Origin: a virus
Direction: 5' to 3' (one strand)
IMG/VR virus record: IMGVR_UViG_3300042695_002264
Span: 64,001 to 128,000 of that record
DNA length: 64,000 bases
The translations under genes were made by a program, and so were the position numbers. The notes under the pieces are model-generated. The model had not been told where the DNA came from. It worked only from the letters and a program-made list of their open reading frames with translations, and searched no databases. Positions 16,570-27,313 of the stretch are shown here, one piece after another. The first letter of the stretch is position 1; each line of letters opens with the position of its first letter.

Positions 16570-19152
16570 CTAATTTTCCAAAGTTTCCTTTGAATCTTTT
16601 AAATCCTTTAATTTGCAATAAATCTTGTTGGACTGTATGCCTAAATCATTTATATAAATTGCGTCTGGCCCCTTTACGGCTCCAGAAATGACTACGATGT
16701 CGTTCTCTTCTGGAAGCTTGCCACCATTCTTGTCCATCATTTCTTGAATTTTATTGCGGTTACTGTCAAAAACCATAGCTGCGACTTCACTAGTTTCGTC
16801 AGAAATCATAACTTTAACATATTTATTGCCGCGCTGCGATGTTCGTTTGGTAACTTCTTGAACAACGCCAACAACCATTACTTTATCACCCTCTTTTTTG
16901 CTTTTAATATCAATAATAGAATTAAAAGATGGATTCTTTTCTCGATAAATTTTATTTAAAGATTGCGAGTATGGATTTCCAAGAAGAGTATATTCATACC
17001 AAAAATTTGCCAGATCTTCATTTCTACTATTTAATAAATAGATTTTTTTGTAAGGCTCATATTTTTTCTTAATAGTTTCAAACCTAGATGGCTTGATAAT
17101 AAAATCACCATCGGTTGCATCTGAAAGCTTTTTAATATTATCAAGAATATCTGTTTCTCCATTGGCAAACATTTGACGGATCATGTTTTTTTCACGATCT
17201 GTAAGAATATTGTATGTTTGAGCTTCTAATGCTAGTTTAGATCTTGACTTGCCAAAGCCATCAAGCGCACCAGCTTGAATCATTGCCGAAAGAGCGCCAA
17301 TATTAATTTTAGCTTCTTTAGCAGCATCAAAGCATTCAATTTTATTTGTAAAATTAGAACGAAATGCAATAACATTTTTAAGAGTTTTTTCTGAAATACC
17401 CTTAATGGCTGAAAGTCCGTAGCGAATGTTATCACCTTCAATTTTAAAATCAACATCTGATTTAGCCAAATGCGGCGGCAGCAGTTCAATGCCAAAAGCT
17501 TTCATTTCATGACAAATCAATCTTGATTGCTCAAGGAAATCTGATTCGTTAACAGCCATTCGTAGAAGTGCCAAGAAAAATTCTTTGGGATAATTAAACT
17601 TTAAATATGTGGTAATTGCAGAAAGAGATGCGTATGGATAGGCATGCCCTGCACAGAATGAATAGTTCGCGCTGTCTTCGAGAATTTTCCAATAGAAATC
17701 AGCAATCTCTTCGCCAAGTTTTAGTTCTTTTGCTTTGGTATAAATAATCTCTTTCCATTTAGGCATCTCTTCGCGCTTTTTCTTACCAACAATCTTTCTT
17801 AAGGTTTCAGCTTCGCTCAGTGTGAGCCCAAAAACTTTATGCCCAATCGCCATCATTTGCTCTTGGTACAGTGCAGCGCCACCAGTTCTTTTTAATACCT
17901 CATCAACCTTTGGGTGAAATTCTGGAAATTCTCCATAGTTTGCATATCGGGCATATTGCTCTGCGAAAGCTAAAGCCCCTGGTCTTGCAATTGCTACTAC
18001 GGCAGCAAGCTGATCTAGATTTTTTGGCTTTACTTGCTTACAAACATTATAATTTGTAAACGCCTCAATTTGAAAAATTCCATGCGGGTATTTTAAATCT
18101 TGTAAATGTGCATAAACAGTCTCGTAATCTTCAACATCAATATCAAAATAGTTTATGCCCACTTGCGTACAAACATCTTGCACTACAGAAAGGCTTTTTA
18201 GACCCAAGATATCAAGTTTGAGATTTATTTTTCCTGCCCATTCCATGTTGTATGAAGAAACTCTCTCCTTGTCAGATGTCAGCTCCGTTGGGCAAAAATT
18301 ATTAATATTTTCATAAGAAACAAGATTTCCAGAGGCGTGAACGCTTTTGTTCCTCATCAAGTCTTTTAATTGAATAGCTACATCGTAAATATCTTTATTT
18401 TCGTCACACCATTTTTTAAAATCTTCGTTATCTTTATATTCATCGTCAATTTCGTTAATCTTGCCAAACTTTGACTGGATCATAGAAGTAACAGCGTTCA
18501 TCTCATCTTCTGTTTTATCTCCAACTGTCTTTCCGCAATCTTTGATTAAAGCTCTTCCAGATAGGGTGCTTGTATTTAAAATTTTTGCCGTCCTATTGGG
18601 GTAACGCTTTTCTAAGTACTTAATAACTTCTTGGCGACGATAATAGCAAAAATCCATGTCAATATCTGGCAAGAAGCTTCCATCAAAATAAACAATACCA
18701 TCCACAATAGTTTTTTTGGCTCTTGTAGCTGAAATGAATCTTTCAAAATAAAGATCATACTTGATAGGGTCTACCTTTGTAACTCCAATCAGATAAAGTA
18801 TTAGGCTTGATGCTGCAGATCCGCGACCAGGCCCAGTTGGAATGTTTTCTTTTTCGCAAAAGTTGATCACATCCCAAATCATTAAAATATAGTCAACAAA
18901 TCCAAGATCTTGCAGCACTTTGAATTCTTTAACAGTACGCTCTTTGTATAAGTCAATATTTGCCCCATCTTCTTTTAATTTGGGAATAATTTTTTTAAAA
19001 CCAGACTGGCAAAGAGCCTGTAAAAAGTCATCATTTGATGCATCTTTTGATAGCCCAATTTTCTTTTTTTGAGTTGCTGTAAACTCAATAGTGGGACATC
19101 TTACGCCATGCAGAGGCAAGTCTAATTTATCAAAAGATTCTAGAAAGTTCAT
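16570..19152 (-). CDS. dnaE: DNA polymerase III alpha catalytic part (lacks PHP domain)
   Basis: GPGRGSAA, FERF, PDIDMDF, HASG, KLDILGL, YQEQ, C-terminal OB fold. Confidence 0.95.
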   Translation of the reverse strand: MNFLESFDKLDLPLHGVRCPTIEFTATQKKKIGLSKDASNDDFLQALCQSGFKKIIPKLKEDGANIDLYKERTVKEFKVLQDLGFVDYILMIWDVINFCEKENIPTGPGRGSAASSLILYLIGVTKVDPIKYDLYFERFISATRAKKTIVDGIVYFDGSFLPDIDMDFCYYRRQEVIKYLEKRYPNRTAKILNTSTLSGRALIKDCGKTVGDKTEDEMNAVTSMIQSKFGKINEIDDEYKDNEDFKKWCDENKDIYDVAIQLKDLMRNKSVHASGNLVSYENINNFCPTELTSDKERVSSYNMEWAGKINLKLDILGLKSLSVVQDVCTQVGINYFDIDVEDYETVYAHLQDLKYPHGIFQIEAFTNYNVCKQVKPKNLDQLAAVVAIARPGALAFAEQYARYANYGEFPEFHPKVDEVLKRTGGAALYQEQMMAIGHKVFGLTLSEAETLRKIVGKKKREEMPKWKEIIYTKAKELKLGEEIADFYWKILEDSANYSFCAGHAYPYASLSAITTYLKFNYPKEFFLALLRMAVNESDFLEQSRLICHEMKAFGIELLPPHLAKSDVDFKIEGDNIRYGLSAIKGISEKTLKNVIAFRSNFTNKIECFDAAKEAKINIGALSAMIQAGALDGFGKSRSKLALEAQTYNILTDREKNMIRQMFANGETDILDNIKKLSDATDGDFIIKPSRFETIKKKYEPYKKIYLLNSRNEDLANFWYEYTLLGNPYSQSLNKIYREKNPSFNSIIDIKSKKEGDKVMVVGVVQEVTKRTSQRGNKYVKVMISDETSEVAAMVFDSNRNKIQEMMDKNGGKLPEENDIVVISGAVKGPDAIYINDLGIQSNKIYCKLKDLKDSKETLEN

Positions 19153-19817
19153 TTCTTTCTTAGCCTATTCTTTTTTGAATAATTTAGCAACATTGTTTGT
19201 TCTGTTTTTTGCATTTCGACTTTTAATCTTGGGACACCAATATGATCAGCAATTCCTAGTTGATATGTCGCTTTTGCATCCAAATAAAGATCAGCGTTAT
19301 TATTTTTAATAAGCATTTTTTCAAAAGTGCCAGATTTCTTTTTGCAATTTTTATCCAGCATTAGAAGTAAATTACTATTTAGTTCAGAACAATGCTCTGC
19401 GCTAACAGCAATATCTGAGAATTTTCCATAATACTCATGAGATACCTGATGGACAAGAACATAGCCATATTTTGAAATAAATCTCATTCCATGATCACCA
19501 GCAGATAACAAAACTGCGCCACAGCTAAACGCTTTTCCATCACAAATTGTAGCAACTTTTTTGGTAGAGCTTTCAATAATAGAAAGCATTGCATGGAGAG
19601 CATAAACATCGCCACCATAAGAATCTACGATTATGGGAATAATTTCTTGATCAGAAGATTCGAGTCTGAAAAAATCTTCCCGAAATTCGTTAACTGCACC
19701 TTCGCAAATTTCATTAACAATAATAAAGTTATTGTTTTTTCTTTTATTTAAACCTTGTAAATCTTGAATATCGATTTCAAACGGCAAATCATCTTGATTA
19801 ATTTTAATTTCTTTCAT
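19149..19817 (-). CDS. clpP: ClpP-family serine protease
   Basis: IVDSYGGDV, AFSCG (Ser), VLVHQV (His), ADLYLDA (Asp), GIADHI. Confidence 0.85.
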   Translation of the reverse strand: MKEIKINQDDLPFEIDIQDLQGLNKRKNNNFIIVNEICEGAVNEFREDFFRLESSDQEIIPIIVDSYGGDVYALHAMLSIIESSTKKVATICDGKAFSCGAVLLSAGDHGMRFISKYGYVLVHQVSHEYYGKFSDIAVSAEHCSELNSNLLLMLDKNCKKKSGTFEKMLIKNNNADLYLDAKATYQLGIADHIGVPRLKVEMQKTEQTMLLNYSKKNRLRKK

Positions 19818-20458
19818 TGGTTTAATAAGTAAAGTTGTTTTTTTAGAATTTGATATGTTAGTTCAACATCGTACAAGCCATTGTGAGCAAGACTTTTATC
19901 GTATGGGATGCTGTATTTCTTACAAAGGTATTCTACTGAAGTTTTAAGGCCTTTTCTATTAAAAGATTTAAGTTTAAAATTCCAAGCTGCTTGTGATTGG
20001 CCTTCAGGTTTTTGATATCCAATCTCTATAGCTTTTTCAATATTTTGAACATCGTATATTCGTTCAACATACGAGTAATCACTTTTCTTACCTAAAGATC
20101 TTCGAAAAGTGTTATGTATAAAAATATCAAAACCAATCAGGTTAGCTCCAGAGATTAAAATGTCTCTATCGAATAAGTATTTCTCAAAATGTTCGAGAAC
20201 TTCGCTTGGATCTTCGCTTTTTTGCTTGTATTCGCTATGAATAAAGCCAGTTATTCTTGCAGCATCTGTAGACATTTTTAAATCTGGCCAGAATGGAAAG
20301 CGATCATATTCTTCAATTTTTTCATTCCCTTGATAAAGGCAGTAAGAAAGTTGCCAAGGTCTGGATGAAAATAAATTTAAATCCTCAGTTTCAAAATCGA
20401 AAATGAGCCACTTTTTATTATTATCAAATCTTAATAAATTATTAATTTTACGAGCCAT
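19814..20458 (-). CDS. dnaQ: DEDDh 3'-5' exonuclease (epsilon-like)
   Basis: FDFETE, GANLIGFD, AHNGLYDV. Confidence 0.85.
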   Translation of the reverse strand: MARKINNLLRFDNNKKWLIFDFETEDLNLFSSRPWQLSYCLYQGNEKIEEYDRFPFWPDLKMSTDAARITGFIHSEYKQKSEDPSEVLEHFEKYLFDRDILISGANLIGFDIFIHNTFRRSLGKKSDYSYVERIYDVQNIEKAIEIGYQKPEGQSQAAWNFKLKSFNRKGLKTSVEYLCKKYSIPYDKSLAHNGLYDVELTYQILKKQLYLLNQ

Positions 20459-21203
20459 GAACTTCACCCTTCCATCGTTCAAAATTAAATGTATCAGAAC
20501 TCATATAGTTTAATTCTGGTTTCGATAATTTAGATTTGTTTAAAATACAGCGAAAAGATTGATATGCTTTGAAATTTTCTGGCTTTTCATAGAAAATTGA
20601 CTGTGCTGGAGTTAAAGTGCAACCATGATCCGCAGAGCAATATAGCTCTAGAGCATCTTTTATAATTCCGTCAAACGGAAGACCATTATCTTCAACAAAG
20701 AAAGTATGCGGCATTCTAGACAGTGATGGTATGATTTCAGAGAATGTCATTGTATTTTTAGCTACAAAAGAATCGTAAAATGGAAATGCTATGGTTAAAT
20801 TCTTAGTGATGAGATCATTAAAGTTTTTCCAATCAATTCTCGGCAAATAATAAAACCCATACTCACTAGCCCAAGCCCAAATCTTGATTAGGTCTTTATA
20901 TCCTTTAGAATTTTTAATGAATAAAATAATTTTAGATTCATTTTTAAGACTTTCTTCTTTTGTTGAAGCATCGTCTGTGATGATCAATTTTAATCCAAAA
21001 CGCAAATTTAAATCAAGATCTTTGCAGTTCGAATATGCCTCAAGAAAACCAGTCATAACGCTTTCAACCAAATAAACATCTTGAATATTGTTATTTTTGC
21101 AAATATCAAGAATGGATTTAGGCCCAATCTCTGGACTTTCTTTATCTAAGGTTAAGATAGATCGCCCAGAATAATGGGATGTCCATAAAGGAACTTTAAG
21201 CAT
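20448..21203 (-). CDS. Stand-alone PHP domain of DnaE
   Basis: VPLWTSHYS..SIL, IKNSKGYKDLIK, FYYLPRID match the DnaE N-terminus. Confidence 0.85.
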   Translation of the reverse strand: MLKVPLWTSHYSGRSILTLDKESPEIGPKSILDICKNNNIQDVYLVESVMTGFLEAYSNCKDLDLNLRFGLKLIITDDASTKEESLKNESKIILFIKNSKGYKDLIKIWAWASEYGFYYLPRIDWKNFNDLITKNLTIAFPFYDSFVAKNTMTFSEIIPSLSRMPHTFFVEDNGLPFDGIIKDALELYCSADHGCTLTPAQSIFYEKPENFKAYQSFRCILNKSKLSKPELNYMSSDTFNFERWKGEVHGS

Positions 21204-21234
21204 TTTTTTATATTAGAGCTTGTTGGGGCAAAAA

Positions 21235-22242
21235 TCAATTAAAATCTGCACTGCCATAATGTGCGGGACAACCAGCGTATTCTAGCTTTTCCCATGACTG
21301 ATTATCGCCTACCTTTTCGTACTGAAATTTTTCTAGATAATCTTTTTCAAGAACTGTTTTAATAATATTTTTATTCTCATCGAATAGTCTGTAGTAAGAA
21401 AATGGATCGCGGAATGAGCATTTCCATCCAGACTTTGCGCCACACTTCCATCTTCTTGAATTATCATATAGAGCATAATCATTTTTTGCGTCTTGTTCGT
21501 CAAAATTAGAAATGATAGTATTCACATAAGATAAATAGTGCCGGAATCCTTCAATTTGCTCTTCAGTAAATTCAAGCTCTTGGAATGGATTTTTGGCAAA
21601 TCGTAAAAAAATAAATCGACCAATTACCTTTTTAAAGTTTGGAATTTTACCAGCCTTCTTTAAGAAATGTGCTGCAAGAGTATACATCATAGCTTGCAAA
21701 TTACTCTCAAGCTCTTCACCTCTAAACTGCTGCTTGCTTGACTTATAATCAGAAATAAAAATTGATTCTGTTTTTTTATTAAAAAGTATTTTATCTATAT
21801 AGCCAACAATTCTAAATTCAAGCTCTTCGTCAATAATATCAAAAGCATATTCCGAATCAAGAATTTCTTCGTGATCTTCTGGAAAAAATCCAGCTTCAAG
21901 ACCTACCTTAATCATTTCATAAATTAAACCTATGTTTGTTTTTTTTGATTTTTTATCCTCTTCAAACATTTCTAGCCCGTACTTATGACACTTGGCTCTT
22001 AAAAATCTTTTTATTAATGGGAACTTTTCAATATCGCAATCTGCTTCGTGCATTTCTTTTGCAAAACGTATCCATTTCGGCTTTGTTAAGAGTTCAAAAA
22101 GGTCATGGCATACTGATCCTCTTAAAGCTCCAGAGTTTGTCGTGTCTGGAAGTTTAAGATGATATTTGCTCCAATATAGCCATGAGCACTCTCCAAGGGT
22201 TTTAACCCTAGAAGCTGAAAGCTTTGTTAGTTCTTTATCCAT
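21235..22242 (-). CDS. PD-(D/E)XK RecB/Cas4-like exonuclease
   Basis: LSASR...C, GSVCH, GYIDK, DYKS, Q..xY, C-terminal Cys cluster. Confidence 0.85.
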   Translation of the reverse strand: MDKELTKLSASRVKTLGECSWLYWSKYHLKLPDTTNSGALRGSVCHDLFELLTKPKWIRFAKEMHEADCDIEKFPLIKRFLRAKCHKYGLEMFEEDKKSKKTNIGLIYEMIKVGLEAGFFPEDHEEILDSEYAFDIIDEELEFRIVGYIDKILFNKKTESIFISDYKSSKQQFRGEELESNLQAMMYTLAAHFLKKAGKIPNFKKVIGRFIFLRFAKNPFQELEFTEEQIEGFRHYLSYVNTIISNFDEQDAKNDYALYDNSRRWKCGAKSGWKCSFRDPFSYYRLFDENKNIIKTVLEKDYLEKFQYEKVGDNQSWEKLEYAGCPAHYGSADFN

Positions 22243-23116
22243 TTAAAATATTATTTATTTCTTCTTTTGAAGATTCACCCCAATCCTTACATTTAGGAAG
22301 GCGTATTTGAATCTGATCTTTGTTAAAAAATTCAAAAAGAGATTGCTGCATCTTTTCGGCAGCATTGTTTCCAGCAAAATTATTATCTGAATCATTATTT
22401 GTTGATATGATAATTCTATCAGGATCTGCTGCAATTAGCGATTTTAATATTGCCCTACCCAGCTTAAGCCCGAATAAAACTAAAAAGTTTTTGACACCAG
22501 CTTCCCAAAGTGCAAGACCATCGCCAATAGATTCAACAAGGATAATTTCTTTTTTATTTAAAATATCATCTTTATTCAAAAATGCAGGATATACCCAAGA
22601 ATCAACAGATCCGAGATGTTTCCATTTCGGAGTATTTTTAGATATTTTTTTGCCAATCCATCGCCCAGATATGCCGATAAATTCATTACGGTTATTTTTG
22701 ATTGGAAAGACGTAGCGATTATACATTGCGCTTTTGGTTGTTTTTGGTATAACTCCACCAAGAAAGAGTTCTAATGTGGCGTCACTAATACCCCTTTCAT
22801 TCCAATAAGAGTGATTTTTTTGCAAGCTTTCTAATTCACTTTTATCAAAAACTTCACCAGATGAAACTATAGTTTCTTTTTTAACTGGTATTTCTAAATT
22901 ACCATCAAATTTTCCACCACTTATTTCTACAAGCTTTTTAAAATCCCCACCTGTACCCCTTGCAAAATCAATCCATTTGCCAGAATCTTTTAGAATTCTT
23001 AATGAAGAATCGTTATCTGAATCACGATAAATTGGCTTTGTGCGCCACTCCTTCCCGCGATCAAGAAGTGTATATCCCAACCCCTCTAGGACAGTTTTGA
23101 AATCTACACTTGTCAT
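22235..23116 (-). CDS. dnaG: DNA primase (TOPRIM)
   Basis: YWNERGI, RYVFPI, GISGR, ILVESIGD, TNND..AG, KDWGE. Confidence 0.85.
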   Translation of the reverse strand: MTSVDFKTVLEGLGYTLLDRGKEWRTKPIYRDSDNDSSLRILKDSGKWIDFARGTGGDFKKLVEISGGKFDGNLEIPVKKETIVSSGEVFDKSELESLQKNHSYWNERGISDATLELFLGGVIPKTTKSAMYNRYVFPIKNNRNEFIGISGRWIGKKISKNTPKWKHLGSVDSWVYPAFLNKDDILNKKEIILVESIGDGLALWEAGVKNFLVLFGLKLGRAILKSLIAADPDRIIISTNNDSDNNFAGNNAAEKMQQSLFEFFNKDQIQIRLPKCKDWGESSKEEINNILNG

Positions 23117-24591
23117 TACAACAATCCATCTTCTTGATTTTCATTTTCAAATACGTTAACATCAACATTTCTTGCGTTAACGACATCTTCAAGCGTTCCA
23201 CATTCGCTAACTTGAAAATTTTCAACCTTATAATTAATAAAGTTAGGTTTGTAAGTGACTCTGCCTCGGTCATCGACAACGCGAACAAGATTTGAGTGAC
23301 CCCTTGCATTTTTACCCTGATAGCGCGTAGCAAGCTCAATATACTTATGAGTGCCAAACTGGACACCATCTTCAGCCTGCTCTTCGATTGTTTTTCTTCT
23401 AAAGATACCAACTTGAGAAGCAAACCACTGTAAACGATCTGACTGTGCAATGGCGCTAGAGTCATCTGTGCCACCCTCTGCCGATCTGTTTAATTGACAT
23501 GCAGTAAGTAGTGGAATGTTTAAGCGCAAATGACATTCTTTTAGCTTATCAACCTTTTCTCCAATAAGCTGATATTCTTGCTTATTTCCATCAGATTCTC
23601 CTGTAAGCTTAATATAGTCATAAACCACAATTGCAGGATTTCCACGACCAACATCACCATAATACCAGCGCTGAATCAAAGAAGTAATTTCTTCTGTCTT
23701 TTTTCTTGCAACTGTCATGTGCTGAACATGGCCAAGAGCTTGTTTTAATTCTTGCTTTTTGGATTCAAATTTTGCATACAACTCTCTATTCTTTTTATAA
23801 TTTCCCGTTTCAAGCCACCACATTGGAACGCCAGTGATTGCACTTGCAATTCTAAATTTCATATCTTTAGTTTGCATTTCGGTATCCAGAATTAAAGCCT
23901 TGCAATTTGGATTAAGCAATGCTGTTTTAAATGCAATATCATTCAAGATTGTGCTTTTGCCGTGCTTTGGTCGAGACACCCAAGCATATACCTCTCCATT
24001 ACGAAGACCGCCGTACATTTCATTAAAATTTTTATATGGAGTAACGAGACCAGTATCGTTGATAGGATTATCTCCTCGCTCCTCAATCATTTCAACAATG
24101 TCATCAAAAAGATCTTCAGGCTTTTCATTAAGATTATATGCTGAGATTTTTTCTCCATACATTTTATCAGCCAATGCAACAATTTCATCAGCTTCCATTT
24201 CCCCAGCAGAAATCATAGACTGGGCCATGCTTGAGGCCATTGTGTGTATGTCACGCCTAATAGAAAGTGTTTTTAATCTACGGCATGCATCTTCCAAAGC
24301 CTTATCGCTAATCTTAATGTATGAAAGGCTCTGTAGATAATTTAAAATATCTAAATTTCCTTTATAGGTAATGCCAAGGCTCTGCAGTCTTTCTGAAACG
24401 AGAACTGGATCGCTTGACTTATTATGCAAAGCGCAGTCTTTTAGTATTGCAAATATAGCACCGTGAGGCTTATGAATAAAGTCTTCTTCAGAAATTAAAT
24501 GAATTAACTCAAGTAGCTTCTTGGGATTCTTTAAGAACCCTGCTATACAGTGTTTTTCAATTGTTTGATTTGCGATCTTGTCTTGATTCAT
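23116..24591 (-). CDS. dnaB: Replicative DNA helicase
   Basis: SRPKHGKS Walker A, LDTEM, VVYDYI, CQLNR. Confidence 0.95.
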   Translation of the reverse strand: MNQDKIANQTIEKHCIAGFLKNPKKLLELIHLISEEDFIHKPHGAIFAILKDCALHNKSSDPVLVSERLQSLGITYKGNLDILNYLQSLSYIKISDKALEDACRRLKTLSIRRDIHTMASSMAQSMISAGEMEADEIVALADKMYGEKISAYNLNEKPEDLFDDIVEMIEERGDNPINDTGLVTPYKNFNEMYGGLRNGEVYAWVSRPKHGKSTILNDIAFKTALLNPNCKALILDTEMQTKDMKFRIASAITGVPMWWLETGNYKKNRELYAKFESKKQELKQALGHVQHMTVARKKTEEITSLIQRWYYGDVGRGNPAIVVYDYIKLTGESDGNKQEYQLIGEKVDKLKECHLRLNIPLLTACQLNRSAEGGTDDSSAIAQSDRLQWFASQVGIFRRKTIEEQAEDGVQFGTHKYIELATRYQGKNARGHSNLVRVVDDRGRVTYKPNFINYKVENFQVSECGTLEDVVNARNVDVNVFENENQEDGLL

Positions 24592-25202
24592 TGCGGCTTG
24601 ATTTGGCTATAAATAGGCTTAACAACATTATAGTGATAACTATCAAAATTGTCAATTTCAATATTACTCATTGTGTGCCAAGTTACAGCAAAATCAGCAT
24701 ATTCTTTGATCATCGGCGAATTTGCTTTTTCTTCGAAATTGGCTGGGTCAATCAGTTTGTTGTGTTCAATTCTTTCAAGGTGAATTAATTTTCCACCTTG
24801 AGATTTAATCCAGTTATGTTCGTCTTGTTCGTATTCGGCATATCTAATATCTGGAATAATTGCAATAAATGGTTTATCGCTAGATACAGAATGGGCATCT
24901 GCTACAATTTGTTTTTGCAAGATGCTAGTCCAATATGTTCCATTGGTTCTTATTCTTTGAATTTTTCCATAGCTAACTAATAGTTCACGAAATTTTGATT
25001 TTTCATTCGTGTCTTCTGTCCAAACATTCATTGAGCATTTTTCAGCCAGAAATTGCTGCATATCTTTTTTAAGCTCATTTGCTAATGAGTATTTTTTAGC
25101 AATAAATCCATCGCGTTTAAATAGCTCTATAAGACAATTTGCGAACGTATCCTTGCCGACTCTAGCTGCGGCACCAACTCCAATAAGTTTAATTTTATTC
25201 AT
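24588..25202 (-). CDS. Deoxynucleoside monophosphate kinase
   Basis: GAAARVGKDT, RELLVSYG, IPDIRYAEYE. Confidence 0.8.
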   Translation of the reverse strand: MNKIKLIGVGAAARVGKDTFANCLIELFKRDGFIAKKYSLANELKKDMQQFLAEKCSMNVWTEDTNEKSKFRELLVSYGKIQRIRTNGTYWTSILQKQIVADAHSVSSDKPFIAIIPDIRYAEYEQDEHNWIKSQGGKLIHLERIEHNKLIDPANFEEKANSPMIKEYADFAVTWHTMSNIEIDNFDSYHYNVVKPIYSQIKPQ

Positions 25203-25731
25203 GTGCTAAAATTTTCCAATACTTGGGGTCTGCATAAATTTCTCCAGAATTAATTTTCATTAAATATTCAACGATTTCACCCCAGGATTCAAATACAAGA
25301 TCCATATTAATAAGCCCAGCCAACCAAAGTGGAAATTTTTTCTTATCATCAGTATAAATAAGAATTGGCTTATTCTGCAAAGACGCAATTACAATCTCGT
25401 GTATTGTTCCGAAAGTCGGGACTTCTGGATCAATTTTTCCAATAATAAAAGTAGAAAGATCAACCATGCGAAGGTCACGGCTAATAACACCTTTCATATA
25501 TTTAGAAATAGATTTCCAATCACCACATTCTCTTTGAGTTTTTAACTTATCTCTATCTTCTTGCGTTTCTGTAAGCTGGTTTGCAAAATGGTCATTATTT
25601 GGATCGAAACATTTTATGCCAATTTGTTTAACCGCTTCTGTTATTGTAATACGCCAATCAAAACAATTATCTGAATATTCAATTGGGCCAACCAAATAGC
25701 AATAAGAATTTTTTAAAAGTTCAAGATTCAT
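25195..25731 (-). CDS. Nucleoside 2-deoxyribosyltransferase-like protein
   Basis: YLVGPI, FDP, DLRMVD, GTIHE, KPI. Confidence 0.8.
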   Translation of the reverse strand: MNLELLKNSYCYLVGPIEYSDNCFDWRITITEAVKQIGIKCFDPNNDHFANQLTETQEDRDKLKTQRECGDWKSISKYMKGVISRDLRMVDLSTFIIGKIDPEVPTFGTIHEIVIASLQNKPILIYTDDKKKFPLWLAGLINMDLVFESWGEIVEYLMKINSGEIYADPKYWKILAHE

Positions 25732-26171
25732 GAATCATTATTAAAGCAATATTTGCTCTGTATATCAATATTAAAAGTATTTTGTACCCATTCTAGGCTT
25801 AAATTTTTGATATCATTTTCGTTTATTCTAATGATAAAAAAGCCATTGTTTTGTAGCCACTCATCTTTTTTTTGGTCGCGCTTCAAGCTATTTAAAAAAC
25901 CAATTCTATTTTTGTGATGAAATTTTGAAAATGTATTGTGGAAATTACCATCTGCCTCCACAGCAAACATTTTATCAAAATTAATTAAATCACAATTTAA
26001 TTTTGTTCCTAGTACGGGAAACTCTTCAACGCAATTATCGTACTTCCAGTATTGTTTAAAAAACTGTTTTATATTAAACTGGAATTTACTTTTAGAGCCT
26101 TTATCCCAATTAATCCTGTATTTTTTTAACGATACACTTTTTGCCCTACCAAAAACATCTATAAGCCTCAC
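25728..26171 (-). CDS. Vsr/DUF559-like endonuclease
   Basis: EEFPV...D...AVEADGNFH...RDQKKDEWL..NG. Confidence 0.75.
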   Translation of the reverse strand: MRLIDVFGRAKSVSLKKYRINWDKGSKSKFQFNIKQFFKQYWKYDNCVEEFPVLGTKLNCDLINFDKMFAVEADGNFHNTFSKFHHKNRIGFLNSLKRDQKKDEWLQNNGFFIIRINENDIKNLSLEWVQNTFNIDIQSKYCFNNDS

Positions 26172-27313
26172 ATTGTTAGATCTTTGAATCTGTCAAAAAG
26201 ATATTTTTGAATTGGTTCACTATCTTCAATGAATTGACGAAGGCCATTAACTCCCTGAATTTTTTCTGGCACTTCAATATTTAAAGATGCAGCCATTTCA
26301 GTTCTGAAATTTGGTTCTAGTTCAAACCATGCCCCTTTGCCATTTGGTTTGTAGGCAATTTCCCAAAGCTGAAGTAGATCTGCTAGCTCATAGCTTGTCC
26401 AAACGCTTTTGCCGCCTTTTTGGCCATAACGAATTGGGTATTTAACTTCAACCATATTCTTTTCGTTATTGCTCTTTACAATCTTGGCTTTGGCAAAATG
26501 GCCAACTACTTTACTGCCCTTTTCTCCTTCATGGATCAAGTCTCCACCAAATCGTGGAAGAAATTCAATAACAACGTCTGCTTGGTGTTCAAGCGCTCTT
26601 GGACCACTTGCCTTGCCCTGCTTTGGAATTGCAATTTCGTATGGATTAATTTTAATCTGATCACGAATTTGTGAAATATAAATATCTACGTGACCACGCT
26701 TTGCCATTGCCAAGCCAACCTTTTTAAGAAAGACAGATGTAATCAAGCTTCCGCCGCCAACAGTAATAGATTCATCTTCAGCTTTTTTAGCATCATCTCT
26801 TTTGATCAGAGAATCAACCGAGTCAGTAATAAAAAAGTATTCTGTGTTTGTTGGATTATTTGTAATAAGGTCTCGTTTTAATTTAAAAACAGCCTCGTAA
26901 ATATTACTTTCAAATACGAAACATGAGCCGTCTATCCACTCTGCTGTATTATAAACAAATTTAATACCTGATCTATCTCTTATTTCTTCAGAAAGGCGCC
27001 CCTCACTTTTGATAAAGATTCCTCTGCGTTTTCTTGAACGGTCATTCAAGAAATGGTGCATAAAATCAAGGGATGCGCTGGTTTTGCCACCAGAAGCAAG
27101 ACCAACGAACCTGTGAGCGCCAGGCCCTAGGCCGCCACTCAGCATAGAGGTAAGAAGAAGGCTGGAGCATCCAACTTTGTAGTCGTGTGCCTCTTCATAG
27201 TTATAGTGATCTTCTTTTGTTGATTTTAAGATAGATTCCAGCTGATCTTCTGGAGCCATTACTTTTTCTGTTTCTGTTGAAATTTTACCTTTAGCCATAG
27301 TTATTTTTTCCAA
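26168..27313 (-). CDS. recA: RecA/UvsX-family recombinase
   Basis: GLASGGKT, FIKSEGR, ITDSVDSL, ISQIR, GPRALEH. Confidence 0.85.
   Translation of the reverse strand: MEKITMAKGKISTETEKVMAPEDQLESILKSTKEDHYNYEEAHDYKVGCSSLLLTSMLSGGLGPGAHRFVGLASGGKTSASLDFMHHFLNDRSRKRRGIFIKSEGRLSEEIRDRSGIKFVYNTAEWIDGSCFVFESNIYEAVFKLKRDLITNNPTNTEYFFITDSVDSLIKRDDAKKAEDESITVGGGSLITSVFLKKVGLAMAKRGHVDIYISQIRDQIKINPYEIAIPKQGKASGPRALEHQADVVIEFLPRFGGDLIHEGEKGSKVVGHFAKAKIVKSNNEKNMVEVKYPIRYGQKGGKSVWTSYELADLLQLWEIAYKPNGKGAWFELEPNFRTEMAASLNIEVPEKIQGVNGLRQFIEDSEPIQKYLFDRFKDLTM

Noticed and set aside
21235-22242. Cas4-like gene as evidence of CRISPR
   Set aside because: No repeat-spacer array or other cas genes seen; it sits in the replication operon
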